64,000 nucleotides of DNA from NCBI GenBank assembly GCA_044892525.1, contig CM097888.1:51026001-51090000 (forward strand). Direction: 5' to 3'. The DNA comes from Schmidtea polychroa. Its lineage: Eukaryota. A model generated the notes under the pieces. It saw only the letters and a program-made list of their open reading frames with translations, was not told the DNA's origin and made no database searches. Position numbers and translations under genes: made by a program. Shown piece after piece: positions 1 to 12,559 of the stretch. The first letter of the stretch is position 1. Each line of letters begins with the position of its first letter.

Positions 1-125
1 ATATTTATTGGGTAACAACTTTTGAGGCGTCGAAATATATTGCAACTGTTTTTTTTATTTTTTTTTTGGATAAAATTTCATTGCTATAAAACACTTAATT
101 TCAATTATCTTTCTATTCTTTTCAG

Positions 126-2556
126 CAATCAGTCATCGTTATGTCTTCTCTTTACCATGCGTTCGTGCTTTGTCAGGTAAATTTTATTTGGATGATCCTG
201 GATCAGTTTACCAGACATGCTTAATTTAGTTGTGGACCATGTATTGTGAAACTGCTGCTAGCCATCATTCGGTCAACAGTAATCACTATCAAGAAGCGGT
301 AAAGACTGCGATGGACTTTTGGATGAATATCTTACCCACAATTTTGCATTTATTAACCATTTCTGATGATGTAGGCTAATATTTTTTATCATATGAATGC
401 TATAAAATTCTTCGAGAGTTCTAAGTTACAGTTTAAAACTCAAAACATAAAAGACATTTCATACTGTGCGAACTTAATGTGAACACGAAATAATTTACAC
501 GTTTTCTCAATTGGCAAGACGGGCATTTCAAAGTTAGCGACAGTTTTGTTTTACTGTTCTGACATTTAGTGAGTAATAACGTGTGCTGGTCACAATATCA
601 GAAGTATCATACAAAATTTTTTATTATTTATAAGGTATTAAAATATTAAAATTGAATATTATATTAAGTAATTAAAATATATTTATTTATCGATACACTT
701 TAATTTTACTCTCGGAAATTCGAAAATCAAATTCAAGCATGTCCAACAAAATAATTGAAGTAGCTGCTGAAATTGAAGAAACTAAACAAATCGATCAAGG
801 TCACTCAGCAATAAATTTTGGATTTCAATATTAAATTGTATCTTATTACACGGCATATTGCAAGTTAGAGATGTGTTGTTTTTGATATATTAAATGGACA
901 TTGTCAAAGAGTGTGGTGGGACGATTGACGTAAATAGAAAGAGGAAAACAAGAAGAGGTTAAGCGTTTATAATAATGGAAAGAAAATCGTAGATAAACAA
1001 GCCAAGAACTTCAACAAGACAGTATAGGATCAGAGATCTCCTTTAGTTAGAAAAAGTGACAACAAAAACAAATGGCAACTTATATTGATCAAAACATTAA
1101 ACTCCCGTTAAAGACGATATTATGTAGCTCTCTTGCCGCTCGAAGGTATGAGGAACTCTCAAAAATTTAGAGATTTGCTGGAACAAAAACTGGAAGCTGA
1201 ACTACGAAAAGTTGAGGTAGTTTATCAACAAGGTTCGGCTCCATGACATGTGTCGAAGGTCACTAAATTATTTCAAGCACTAAAAGATTTCATGCCTTGA
1301 ATGACCAGGGAACTCACCCTGTCTAATTCCCATCGAAAATTGGTGGGCTAATTAAATCAATAATCAATAAATGATTTCTTTAAATTATCACGTGTTCACA
1401 TTAATTCTCACAATACTGTAAATTATAAAATTAAATAATAACTTTTAAATGAGCAAAATGAGTGAAGGGGAAAATGTATAAAAAAAAGAATACGTTGCTC
1501 CAGAATTCCGAGATACAATGAAATACTACAAGGTCATTATTAACTAATAAAGACAAATTGAAAGAGAAAACAAAAAGCAAACATCAAATTTAAAAATCGA
1601 ATTGTCTTACCTTGACAGCTTGGTCGAAATACCGTTTAGACCACTGGGAAAGTCGGGAAAATAAAAAAATTTAAAAATTAAATAAAATTCCACATCTCTA
1701 CAATTGCCTGGGATAACAGGAATGAGGGGAAATGTCGGAAATGGCTTGGAAAACAATAAAACGAAAACAACATTGGATTATCAACAAATGCCAGCAAATA
1801 ACAATCTATAAAAGGTAGCTACTCAAATGGAATAAAAAGAAGTTTTTGTTATTTGGTTTGTCGCCCTTCTAGTGGAGATTTATTTCTCCCTAGACCATGT
1901 TTATTGGTGATATGAATTTATTACCACTTTGAAATTTGAAAATAAAAAACGATATTATGCTTACTACTATCTGGACTTTTATGTTCCATTGCAGTTAGCG
2001 AACTTAGTATCTGTCTAGTTTAGCCTAATAGTAGCGCAAGCTTTGCTTGGATAAAAGGTTAAAACAAAACTAAGACATAATGTTGCAAATGATGGTATCA
2101 TTATGATGGGAAATTTATATTCACTTAGACATAACCTTGAATGCAGTATACTAGTAAGGATAGTATGGAGTCTTTTTGAGATTTTTGAGAATTTTCTTGT
2201 TAGTGAATTCGAATCTGATCGCATAACGCATAATAATAAATGTTTTATCAATATTCTGTGACAAACCCGTTCGATATTTCATACAATATCTCTATTTGTT
2301 GTACAAGGAATCGAATAATGATATTTTGTTTTCTGTAGTTTGTCGTAGTAAATGGCCACCTGTTAACTATTATGGAAGAGCTGATTGAATGTCGATCTCA
2401 AACTGTTGCCAAGGTTATTTCATAAATTTTCGGGGTAAAATACAAATTTTTTCTTTCTAGGTTATTACCTTATGGACTCCTATTTTGCAGGGCCGTAATA
2501 AACAAGTATTCTAAGATTTTTATTAAGCAACGCTAATAATAATAATAATAATAATA

Positions 2557-2604
<48 letters not shown>

Positions 2605-2781
2605 TAGTTACCTGGAAATCTTCAAAAACGCTTACAGAAATGTGTAGAGTGGGAACCGCCTGAACCTGAAGCTTTAGCTGCCTCTAATGGGCTTTTTATG
2701 AAGTGGTTGAAGAAACACGTATTTGTACTTGGTCGAAATGAGGATCAGCACTCAGCGGCTACTCACATTTTCGTTCAATAA
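126..2781 (+). CDS. unc79: 3' part of an UNC79-like gene (NALCN channel complex subunit); exons 126-176, 230-370, 2339-2413, 2461-2505, 2608-2781; the 5' part lies before the window
   Basis: Five phase-0 exons with GT-AG boundaries splice into QSVIVMSSLYHAFVLCQ|LWTMYCETAAS...TAMDFWMNILPTILHLLTISDD|FVVVNGHLLTIMEELIECRSQTVAK|VITLWTPILQGRNKQ|LPGNLQKRLQKCVEWEPP...FMKWLKKHVFVLGRNEDQHSAATHIFVQ*. This follows the UNC79 C-terminus as recalled (HAF..QLWTVYCE...TALEFWSRVTPSILQL...LQLRLQ...KWL). Confidence 0.82.
1120..1350 (+). pseudogene. Tc1-like transposase remnant inside the long unc79 intron
   Basis: Degenerate catalytic motifs VYQQGSAP*H (1220-1249; cf. FQQDNAPxH) and E*PGNSPCLIPIENWW (1299-1346; cf. 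WPxNSPDLNPIENLW), with stops and a frameshift. Confidence 0.7.
2534..2604. repeat. (TAA)n joined to (TTA)n microsatellite within an unc79 intron
   Basis: Read directly; the two halves are reverse complements of each other. Confidence 0.9.
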
Positions 2782-4403
2782 TTATTACCATTTGCATGTA
2801 TCATTTGGGATCTCATTTGTCAGGATTGATTTTGATTTATATCAAATATATTGTTTTCATTCATTATAAGTTTATACGAAATGTTTTTCAACTCTCATTT
2901 TATCAAAACACTTTAATTTTATAAATTAATCGATTTTTTAATATGTTGTTTAAATGAATTGATATATTTTCTGAATATTGTATGCCTATTTCGTAAACTG
3001 GTCGTTTGAACTAGGCAAATGTTATTTATTGATATTTTTAAAATTATTTGTATTCTCAGTTCTCATAAATTAATTTCACTTCATTGATAATATAAATTAT
3101 TATGCAATGCTTTTACATATAGTTATTGTTTACCATTGATTATGTTGAACTAGAACTGAAAAATTGAGAGCTTGTTTGAATGAGTTGTAAATAGGTAACG
3201 CGGCATTAGAGTCACCAAGAGTGAAACAACTCATTCGAAAAATCTGCCAAATTGAAAAGAATAATAAGTAAAAGAAAGAATTATTAAGATTAAACATTAA
3301 GAATGATTACTTGTCGAATTTACATATAAAAGATTTATGACAAAAAGTGCAGGAATTAAGAGAGAAAATAAGAAAAAATAATTAAATAGGGATTATGAAA
3401 AAATTCCAAAGGAAATTGCCAAAGAAATAGTGAAATAAAAATATTGAATTTAATTATTTTAAACAATCACCAAATTGCACTATCACAACAAATATGAATC
3501 ATGCATACAATGTTATTGCGATGTAAATAAAAAATTCTTTAAAAATTTAATTTATTATAAAATAAATTACATAAATTCGGGAGCAATCGAGTGGGTGTTC
3601 CAGTCTACAAAATTTTAGAATTATGGAATTAATGGAAGGGTACCACAAATTGGTATAACCATAGATCGAAAATTCATTTTTTAACTCTTACAACCTAAAC
3701 TAACTTTTTCTCTCACTTTTTCATCGTTACATTTGTGATGTTCAAATTTTTTATGCTCGAATGGTGTTGTATTCGTATATAACTTAATATATATATTATA
3801 ATAAAATTTCAAATTCTATTCATATTTTTAATATTTTTCTTTTTTTTGTAGACAATTTTTAAAACTTTCGAGAGAAGAACAAATGAGTAAGAAACTGCAG
3901 CATTTCAGAATATTGATCTACCTAATGCTTTGGGAACCTGATTGTTGACCTAAGATTGGCGGACATAAATTGGCGGACAATAGTTACCGATCCACTAATG
4001 TTTTCGTGTAGCAGAGGTAACAAAATCTTTAATTTGGGTGCATATAAAATAAAAATTCTTGTGACATATTACAAAGTGGGTACTTAACAAAACACCATGT
4101 CTCGAAAATTTAGATTAGATGAAAAATCTATCAGTAGCTCTATAACTATTAAAAAATAGCCCCGTGAGCACCAAAAACTCATTTAAAAATATGTAGCCTG
4201 GTTAGGAAAAAATTTAAATTTAATTGTTCGACATACTAAACTCTCATTGATTTATTATCCTATTAAATATCGTTTTGAATCATAATCGAACTTCACGATA
4301 ACCAAATTTTATACTTCCAAAGTCCAATTTTAAATAAATTTGCCACATCTATACGGTATCCGCACCGTTTATCCGATTTTAGTACCCAAAAATAAATCGA
4401 TAA

Positions 4404-7319
4404 GGGGTCATTGCATAATTACGTCACGCTTGAAGGTGGGTGGGTGAATTCCTTCAAAACCTGACGTCACGCTAGTTGTATTTATTAGTTTATATTTTAA
4501 TATAAATAAATCATTAAATTAGAATATTAAATTAGAATATTAAAGAAAACTTTTAATATTGGATGACTATAGACATGTTCAAGAAAAGTAAAGTTAACAA
4601 AATGCCAGATCCATACCAAGATCTAGTGAATACGTATGCTCTTGCACATCCGGACAAATCGAAGCACGATCAGCTGACAGAGGCGCAGACTTTATGGAAT
4701 GAATTAAAATCAGAACCATCTACATGTCAAACGAAACTGAACGAGTTAAGAATGGTTGTAGCAAAACGAAAAGTAAAGCATCTGAGTTATTGGACAAATA
4801 TTCCAGCAAAGAAAACATTATTGCAGGAGGTTCCATCTGTGTCTGTTGAATCATCTGCTGGTGAACTGTTATTGCCGACAGTTATGGACAAAATGATCAG
4901 CATACTTCAGTTGTCGACGAATCGAAAATCATCACTAGTGAATCGAGTATAAATGAGGTTGATAAGCAGAATGTGTTGGAAGATATAAAACATCATACAC
5001 CAGCAGAAATACGAGAACAAAAACGTTTGTATGAAGTAAATGCCAACATATCATTCCTTGTATTAAAGCAACAGAAAGGTTTAGATGATTCAGAAGCTGT
5101 AGGAAAGGAATTGAAGAACTTGGAGACTAGCGAAAAGAAAATCCAACAAGCTATTCAAATTCTTCGACTTAACCGTTCTCGAGCACAGAAATCTCGATTG
5201 AAAAAAAAAGGAAAATACCAAAAATTATCCGCAGCTGCAGGTGAAACATTACTTGAAAAACCTGGGCGTCCCAGAAAGGAGCAGAAATATCCAGATCTTC
5301 TCAATGTGATTTGGGAACTCGTTTGTTCCAATGAAGCTGGAGCTGATCCTGGGCGTCGATCTGAATTATTGCAATGTCCGAAAACTTTAGATGATCTGAC
5401 ACTAATGCTCAATGAAAAAGGTTACAATATTGAAAGAACTGCTGTATACAGACGTCTGATACCACGTCGCTGGAATACAAATGAAGGCAAAAGACATGTA
5501 CAAACGGTTCCGGTGAAACTTGTCAAAGCCCAATTCAATGCTCGGAAGAAAAATGAAGATGCACAGTTTGGTTTGGCTGCTATCAGGCTCGTTATGGAAC
5601 TATGTACACTTATTGGTCCACAAAACACAATGCTATTTTGGCCAGACGATAAAGCTATAATAGCTCTTGTAATTGCAGCAGCAAGTAAAGAGCAGCCAAT
5701 TATGATTAGTAGAGTACCGAGTAAAATTGCCAGATCACGATTGGGTGGTAGCCGAGAAACATAAATTGATACCTTCAGTGTGCGCCTTCCTAACTATCAA
5801 CGATGACATTGTTGGCGACAAGGCAACCGGAATATCGAACACTGGGCCAACTTATATAGCAATCCGTTCAGGAAATCATGATACATTAAATGCCTACAGT
5901 CATGGCACGGACATACGCCACATAGTTGATGATGAACGGTTTGAGAATGTTGTCAAAACACCATCCGGAAATGTTTAACCATTTTGGGTGTCACGGTCAG
6001 ATAAAGGACCAGACGAGAATGCACGGTATCCGAAAGTTTTTTAAGAGGCGATTAATGTTTTTCTGGAATATGATCTTGACATGTACATAGTTGTTATTAC
6101 TCCAAGAGGCTACAGTGCATATAATCCCTGTGAACGTAGAATGGCTCCCCTATCTCATGATATTTGTGGGTTGGTTCTTGATCACGAACATTTTGGTTCA
6201 CATATTAGTGCAAATGGAAAGATAATCGACGAAGAATTGGAAAAAAGGAATTTCTTTCACGACATGAATGTATTAGCATCTATATGGAGTAAAACAGTCA
6301 TCGACAAAAATGCAGTGTATGCGGAGGCTATTCCAATACCAGAAGGCAATGAAGCACCCGAGTTCCCAGAGAAGAAGTTGCAAACCTACTGTGGCGGTCG
6401 CAGCACATAATGAGTTCAAAGTACATGCTTCAAGTGGTCAAGTGTACAAATGTATCTTGCTGCAAACTATTTTGCTATCCTCAATTTCGAAAAATCTTAC
6501 CAAACAGGTATTTACCATATCCTCGTGTTTTTGAGCACACTGAATTTGGGATTAATGCATTGCCTCCGAAGGATCCGATACCAGCAGGTCGTCATTTTTG
6601 CCATCTGTCCGTTCTTCTTCTTCAAGATATTCACTCGGATGTTACGGATCAATCCAAACTCAGACAGCCATACCCATTTGATCTGTATTGTCAATCAATC
6701 TCTATTGTGGATTTGGAAGAGACAATGTCAAGTCTGTGGCATGAATTTTCCAACTATTGTTGCCAAGACAAATCATTATCGCATCTGTCGTAGACAAAAA
6801 ACGAATGCCACATTAATTTTTACTGAATTGAAAAAGTAGCAGAATCCAGCGACAGTTCAGATAAACACGTCTGTTCACCGCTTGTGTGAACCAGAAACCA
6901 TTGTTTGGATCTTTTTTAGTTTTACCTTCGGAACGTGGTAATTCTCCATGGACTCCTGACCTCGAAGAATCAGTTGATTAAATTAATTTTACTTGATCCA
7001 CTGTTATGATTTTAAAACGGATTCTTGCTTAATTTAAGCATCTTAATTAGATTGCTTGAAACAATTTTAAAATCCTTATATAATTTCATTTTACTTTTTG
7101 TTTGAAGCATTAAATTGTTTTTAAACTGTTACAACTGTCTGTAAATTAGTAATTGGCATTGTATTAGTGTACCATTGGGCTACCCCCATTTCGTGAACAA
7201 TAAAATGAGGTCACGATTAGAGCATAACTGAGTCTACGGAAACGTGACCAAGCGTGACAGGGTGAGTGAGTGGTCCAAAAATAGCCATTTAAGGCGTGAC
7301 GTAATTATGCAATGACCCC
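4404..7319 (+). mobile_element. Full-length Zator-type DNA transposon
   Basis: Perfect 26-bp TIRs GGGGTCATTGCATAATTACGTCACGC (4404-4429 and 7294-7319) with a TAA duplication on both sides (4401-4403, 7320-7322). GG termini, a TWA TSD and the transposase motifs fit Zator as recalled. Confidence 0.85.
4563..6839 (+). pseudogene. Frameshifted Zator/TP36-like transposase
   Basis: Consecutive ORF pieces carry ADPGRRSE, EGKRHVQTVPVKL, DDKA (D), LPDHDWVVAEKHKLIPSV, GPTYIAIRSG, DKGPDEN (D, ~6000) and ERRMAPLS (E). There are several frameshifts and stops. Confidence 0.8.
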
Positions 7320-7598
7320 TAAGCTTAAATCAAATAATGCAAAGCTTTTTCGTGCAACATTTATGGGTTTAGTCCATTTTTTAAAGATGAACACAATTGT
7401 GTTTCTATGGTAACCGATATTCAAATTACCAATTCCAGCTCCCGGAAGTCTCGATCGGCACCTGAAGTATTTGACCAAATGATAAATCAATCAATATAGA
7501 AACTGAACATGGAAAATAAAGATAATCAATAAATATAAAAGGCAAAGAACATTTATTCATTCACTGAATCGATAATAAAATGATCACTTGGTATCGAA

Positions 7599-8711
7599 TT
7601 ATCGGGGAGCATACGACAAGCCCATCCCGAATCTGTGGGCGCCTTTCTCCAGATCTTTCCCATCGATCTCTGCATTCAAGGTGATGTCAACATCTGAATA
7701 GGAATAAATATGCATTATATCAAATTGGAAAATTGGCCAATGGAAATATTGTTACTGTCGCGAGCCCGGAACACATAGCCAAGACCCAGGATGCTCTTGT
7801 TATCGATTTTGCCTTTGAATATCGAGCTATTATCGAATTGGTATTTTCCGGCAACTCCGAATTCTGTGTTCCGCGAGTTCCAGTTCCATTTTATCTGGAC
7901 TCCCACCTCGACATTCGGATTGATTCGCTGGTAAATGTGAGTCTCAACGTCCGTTTTGTTGATAACGCTACCAATCAATGACAAATCGTCTTTGTGATAA
8001 CCCAGTGAGAAAGTATGCCTCGTAATGCTCATCCGGTTCGTGTCGTAATTGATTTCAGCCCCCAACAGATAGCCCTTGTTTTCTGTGCATCTGGAAATAC
8101 AGTATCCGTTTCTTTTCAGAATTATACGAGCATATTATCATATTTAGGTAACAAATTGATTAAAGAATACATTATATTAATAACAATGAATATTTTTCAA
8201 TTACAAATATAACACAAATTGAAATGAGTAACTTACCCAATTACCAATGATGGTATTAATATAGGTTTAAGATTTGTAAAACACATGTCCATTCCGCAAT
8301 TTAAATATTTCCTTTTAAATGATGTTTGCATCTTCATTTTTTTATTTCTAATTAACTTTCAAGATAAGATATCAATATCTATATTTTTTCTCACCCACTA
8401 TCCGGGTTGAATCCTAAATCAGCTGATAATTTTGAGCCTGTTTTGATGAAATCTTCAATTGAAAAATTTACGCCTATTTCATTCTTGGTATCCCACTTTA
8501 CAGAATTTTTTAAACCATTTTCAAATTTATATTTCCATTCCAATGAACCGTTTAATTTACCAGCTTTCACGCTATTATCACCTTTAATTGTTAATTCAAC
8601 ACCTTGTGCCGATTTAGACAAATATTCGACTGATAACAAACCAAAATGAAAATTTTTATTAAACAAATCTTTAGTGGCTTTTCCCAAATCACAAAATGAT
8701 GGCGGAATCAT
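7599..8711 (-). CDS. VDAC: Voltage-dependent anion channel (mitochondrial porin), 285 aa; exons 8711-8395, 8347-8237, 8090-7756, 7693-7599
   Basis: N-terminus MIPPSFCDLGKATKDLFNKNFHFG and C-terminus DITLNAEIDGKDLEKGAHRFGMGLSYAPR*. Three GT-AG introns (47, 146, 62 nt) give an intact 858-nt frame. The intron 2 acceptor is the least certain boundary. Confidence 0.95.
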
Positions 8712-9175
8712 TTACAATATCTACAATACAAGCAATATTTATATATTTATAATATAGAAATATAAACAATATAGCTTATATAATAGGTTTAGTTATGTAA
8801 TTATTAAAACATGATATTCAAGTACGTTAAATAAAACAAAGCAAAATATTTATAGGAAAAATTATTTAATTATTTAAATAACTTTTAGAACATAAATTCA
8901 TTATTTAACTTTTATAAATAAAATATTAAAAAAATAATTATTATCTAAAGAATAAATTACTTTAAAAAGTTCAACACGATTAATCTACAGAAAATTATAG
9001 AAATAAAATAGCAATTTTAATATATTATAGCCTATACTGTTAGAGACTGATGAATTAGAGAAAATTCGATGGGGTCATGTTGTGAAATTATATTTGAATA
9101 TGGCTCAAATGTTGCAATACGATGCTTGCTAAGCAGCGGGTGAATGCAAAAGCCCTTTATCGAAAAGTAAAGGTT

Positions 9176-9275
9176 CTGATGATTATTGGAGAATCTGAAG
9201 CTGGTATTTCAATAAATGGTCAAAATCGAGAACAGCCTTCGTTGGCTTATACACTTGGAGTCAAGCAAATAAAAG
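9176..9275 (+). pseudogene. Isolated elongation factor 1-alpha fragment
   Basis: [28 protein letters not shown] matches the EF1A motif [28 protein letters not shown]; no flanking EF1A sequence was recognised. Confidence 0.75.
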
Positions 9276-9679
9276 GTAGTGTAAATAAACCCGTGATTTT
9301 TAGTTTAATTAGATTTGATTTGTTCACCAATGTTAGGATCATAAGGCAAAAAATGCACAGCTGGATCCATTTTAATAGCATGAGAAAACTAAAAGATTCT
9401 AAAGGTTTTAATTAGAAATGTTTAAAATTTTAAAAATATTTTTATCAAAAAATATTTTAAAAGGAAGATTGAAATTTGTTTAAATGACAAACAAATAGAA
9501 AATAGATAATTTCTTAAATAATAAAATTTATGGAGATATTTATTAATTTACAAACCGATGTTAATATTTTAACGGATGAGAATCCTAGTAAATAGTATAA
9601 GCTGGTAAATCATTTTGGCTTAAATACGTTTTCAAAGTATAAAAATTAAGTTTTATCACTTCCAGCCCTGCTTATAACA

Positions 9680-10330
9680 CAATGTTCTTCAATCTTTTGT
9701 CGATGGCGACACCCCATTCACTTCAAAAAAATTTCGTGACATCCCTGACAAATATTTTAGATGTAAAGTTTAATTTGCGGGTTTGAGAGAAAAAAAATAA
9801 ATACAAATTATTTTTATTTTAAGTATTTTTATTTATTTTTTCCTCCCAAACTTCAATATGATGGTTGTGCTTGATGTTTCTGGCAAACAACATCGAAACG
9901 AGGCGAGAGCGACGACAAACTAACTATCATTTATTCATCAACTGTCTGCAATCTTTCACGTTTTTTTGATTTGATATGAACCAGTGCCGAAAATCCAAGT
10001 TCACATAAGTATGATGTAGAAAACGGAAGAAATAATTTTAACGCTTTGATGCTCAACTCAGGATAATCCTTGCCTAGAGAAATCCAAAACTCTTCCAGTC
10101 CCTTTTCAAAATTAATTTGGTTGACCATGTTGTTTTTCAAATCAATAAGCTGTTCTTCTTATGTGGAAAATTTAAGACATTCGTTTATTCCAAATAGATT
10201 TTAAATTCACTGATAAAGGTTGATATTTAAGGAGAGGAAATAATTGTCGAGTGCTTTCAAAAGCATTTCCTTGGTTCGTAAAGCAAGCTCAGAAATCTTA
10301 TCCTTATTAGCGAATTTATTAACTGTGGGG
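9680..10330 (-). pseudogene. hAT (Buster/Charlie-type) transposon 3' remnant
   Basis: Dimerization-domain peptide EFWISLGKDYPELSIKALKLFLPFSTSYLCELGFSAL (ORF 9931-10140) and a terminus-like CAATGTTCTTCAATC at 9680. Confidence 0.75.
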
Positions 10331-10489
10331 AGAAAATTTAAGCCTTTTTACTTGATTTTTCTGATGATTAGTTTGCTAAAAAAGGGTCATTATGGTAAAC
10401 ATGATCAATGTCATAATTTCAAAGTCAAAAATCATCCTAGAATATCTATTAAAGTAATTAAAGTAATTAAAGTAAAATTTAATGAAAAA

Positions 10490-10790
10490 TTTGTATCTCC
10501 AAAATGGTTGCAACATGTTGTGCAACCAAGGGCCCTTGCATTATTGAATAACTCCATTAAATTGCAATTGCAATTCATCTAAATTATTAAGACAAATTTT
10601 GATCTTGAACAGCTGCTATTTGAGCTTGGTCAGCTGCTTGATTAGCTGCCATTTGATCTTGCATTACAAAAATTTAAAATAATTCATATTTAGTAATTTT
10701 AGAAATACCTTGCATCTGGCCCATTATTTGTGCCAACACCCCTCCAGGTGCCGGCACATCTGCTACCACATCTGCTACCACTAAAAACAT
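10490..10790 (-). repeat. Second copy of the intron-containing zinc-finger/PV-rich exon module found at 16.0-16.9 kb
   Basis: 10670-10780 matches 16420-16560 (VADVPAPGGVLAQIMGQMQ|gtatttc). 10497-10560 matches 16762-16820 (GCTTCCNHF vs GCITCWNHF). Confidence 0.8.
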
Positions 10791-11466
10791 CAAATTTTAT
10801 TTCGCTCAAACATTCTGGCCTCATGCAGAAGGGGAGATCGATTCTCACCCTTATGAGAACTGTAGTTTTTATTCTATTCAATCTTTGGATGTTAGAGTTA
10901 AAAACTCCCGCATCAAACGTCTTTTCTCCGGAAGGCTTCAGTAAGGCAGGGTATCGGGCAATTGTGGCCTTCATGAAACTCCGGACATTGGCTCATTCTT
11001 TAATTAACTTATTATTCCTTTATCATCAATTTATCTTAATGTATATTAATCGGAGTAGGAAGGCTCCATTTGTGACTTTTGTAGGGCTTTATAGAGTAAT
11101 ACTTTTATTATAATATAGATTAAAAGGATTATTTCAATGTAATTTTATATTAGCAATACGAACAACAAAAATATTATCAGTTAGGCGGAATCCCTACAAG
11201 GATTCCTACAAATACTCACTGCTAATAACTATTTACTTTATTAATTCTTATTAAAATTTAAAACATTATTTGGAGGATATTTATTTAAGGATACTTGGTT
11301 GTTATTAATGAGGTAAATAAAACATGTAATTTATGGGTTAAATAATTTAATTTTTGTAATTAATCCATACCAACATAATTCCATCTCAATGATTTATTAA
11401 TTATATAATAGGCCATAGAATACAAATAGATATGATATATGATCTATATAGTATAATAGTATATAT

Positions 11467-12250
11467 CAAGGGTGGGCACGCATGGGTTCAATAAGAGCCA
11501 TTTTCCGAAAATTTATTTTTTACAGAGCCACCATAGTAAAGTACATATTTTTTTTTATTTCATTAATTTGATTAAAGAGACTTAAACGCTATTAAAAATA
11601 AACAAAATAATTATTTCAAACATTAAGTAACAAACATAAAAATCCATTAATAAAAAGTAATAAAATTTCTTGAATTAACGAAGACTTTTGGTCAAATCTT
11701 TGAAATTTGGTGTATACTTTGTTAGAGCTGTTCGCAGCAATTCTGTAAGATGCTGATTGGTCAACTGTGAACGATATTTCGACTTTACGAACTTCATTGT
11801 GGAGTACAAAGATTCACAACAATATGTTGTACCAAAAATTGAAATTAGACGGCAAGCAGCTTGTTTTAAGTGTGGATATTTTACCTCTGGTACGAGTTTC
11901 CAAAATTCAACTATAGAAGTAGATTTATGGTGCATTTGCAAAGCCTGGTCCTCTTTCATATCTAATAACTCCAATTCCCCAACCGCTTTTTTAACAAGTA
12001 TTACTTCAGAAATTGGAAATCCATCTTAAATAATATCACAAATAAATGGGTTCACAAAAAATGCAAATGTAGATTTATAACTTTTCAAATCTTCAAACCT
12101 ACATTTGAAATCCACTTGCAATTCTTCCAATTTTTCACTGTATTCGTTTACTTTTTCTTCTGTAATATCAATTATATTAGCTTTTATTCGTGGAAAATGA
12201 TTAAATATATTATGAAAATACAATTGCAACAAAAATTTTTTTCTCAAAAC
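11467..12250 (-). pseudogene. hAT (GTF2IRD2/SPIN-like) transposon 3' remnant
   Basis: EFWKLVPEVKYPHLKQAACRLISIFGTTYCCESLYSTMKFVKSKYRSQL dimerization domain; terminus-like CAAGGGTGGGCA at 11467. Confidence 0.8.
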
Positions 12251-12559
12251 ATTTAGTGAAAAATTTCAAAATAAAAAATCGAATTCGATTATCAAGAATT
12301 CAATTATCAATGAGCCGCAGTTTACTCAACGAAGAGCCGCATTTGCCCACCGTTGGTATATATAATGGTTTATGCTTATGTAATGAAGGGAAAATGAATA
12401 AAGAACAAAAGAGAGATTACATAATTACGAAACTATATGATTTGATTACAGTGGTTTATAGGGTTTGAATTTTGTTAGTATAATAGACCATATAATACAA
12501 TATAGGTAAAGGGTATTCTTTGACTACATAAGTATAAATAATAATATTAATCTTTCAGA

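Noticed and set aside
1400-2251. Minus-strand ORF 2015-2251 and candidate mini-exons
   Set aside because: They lie inside an unc79 intron, and no consistent spliced frame or motif could be built.
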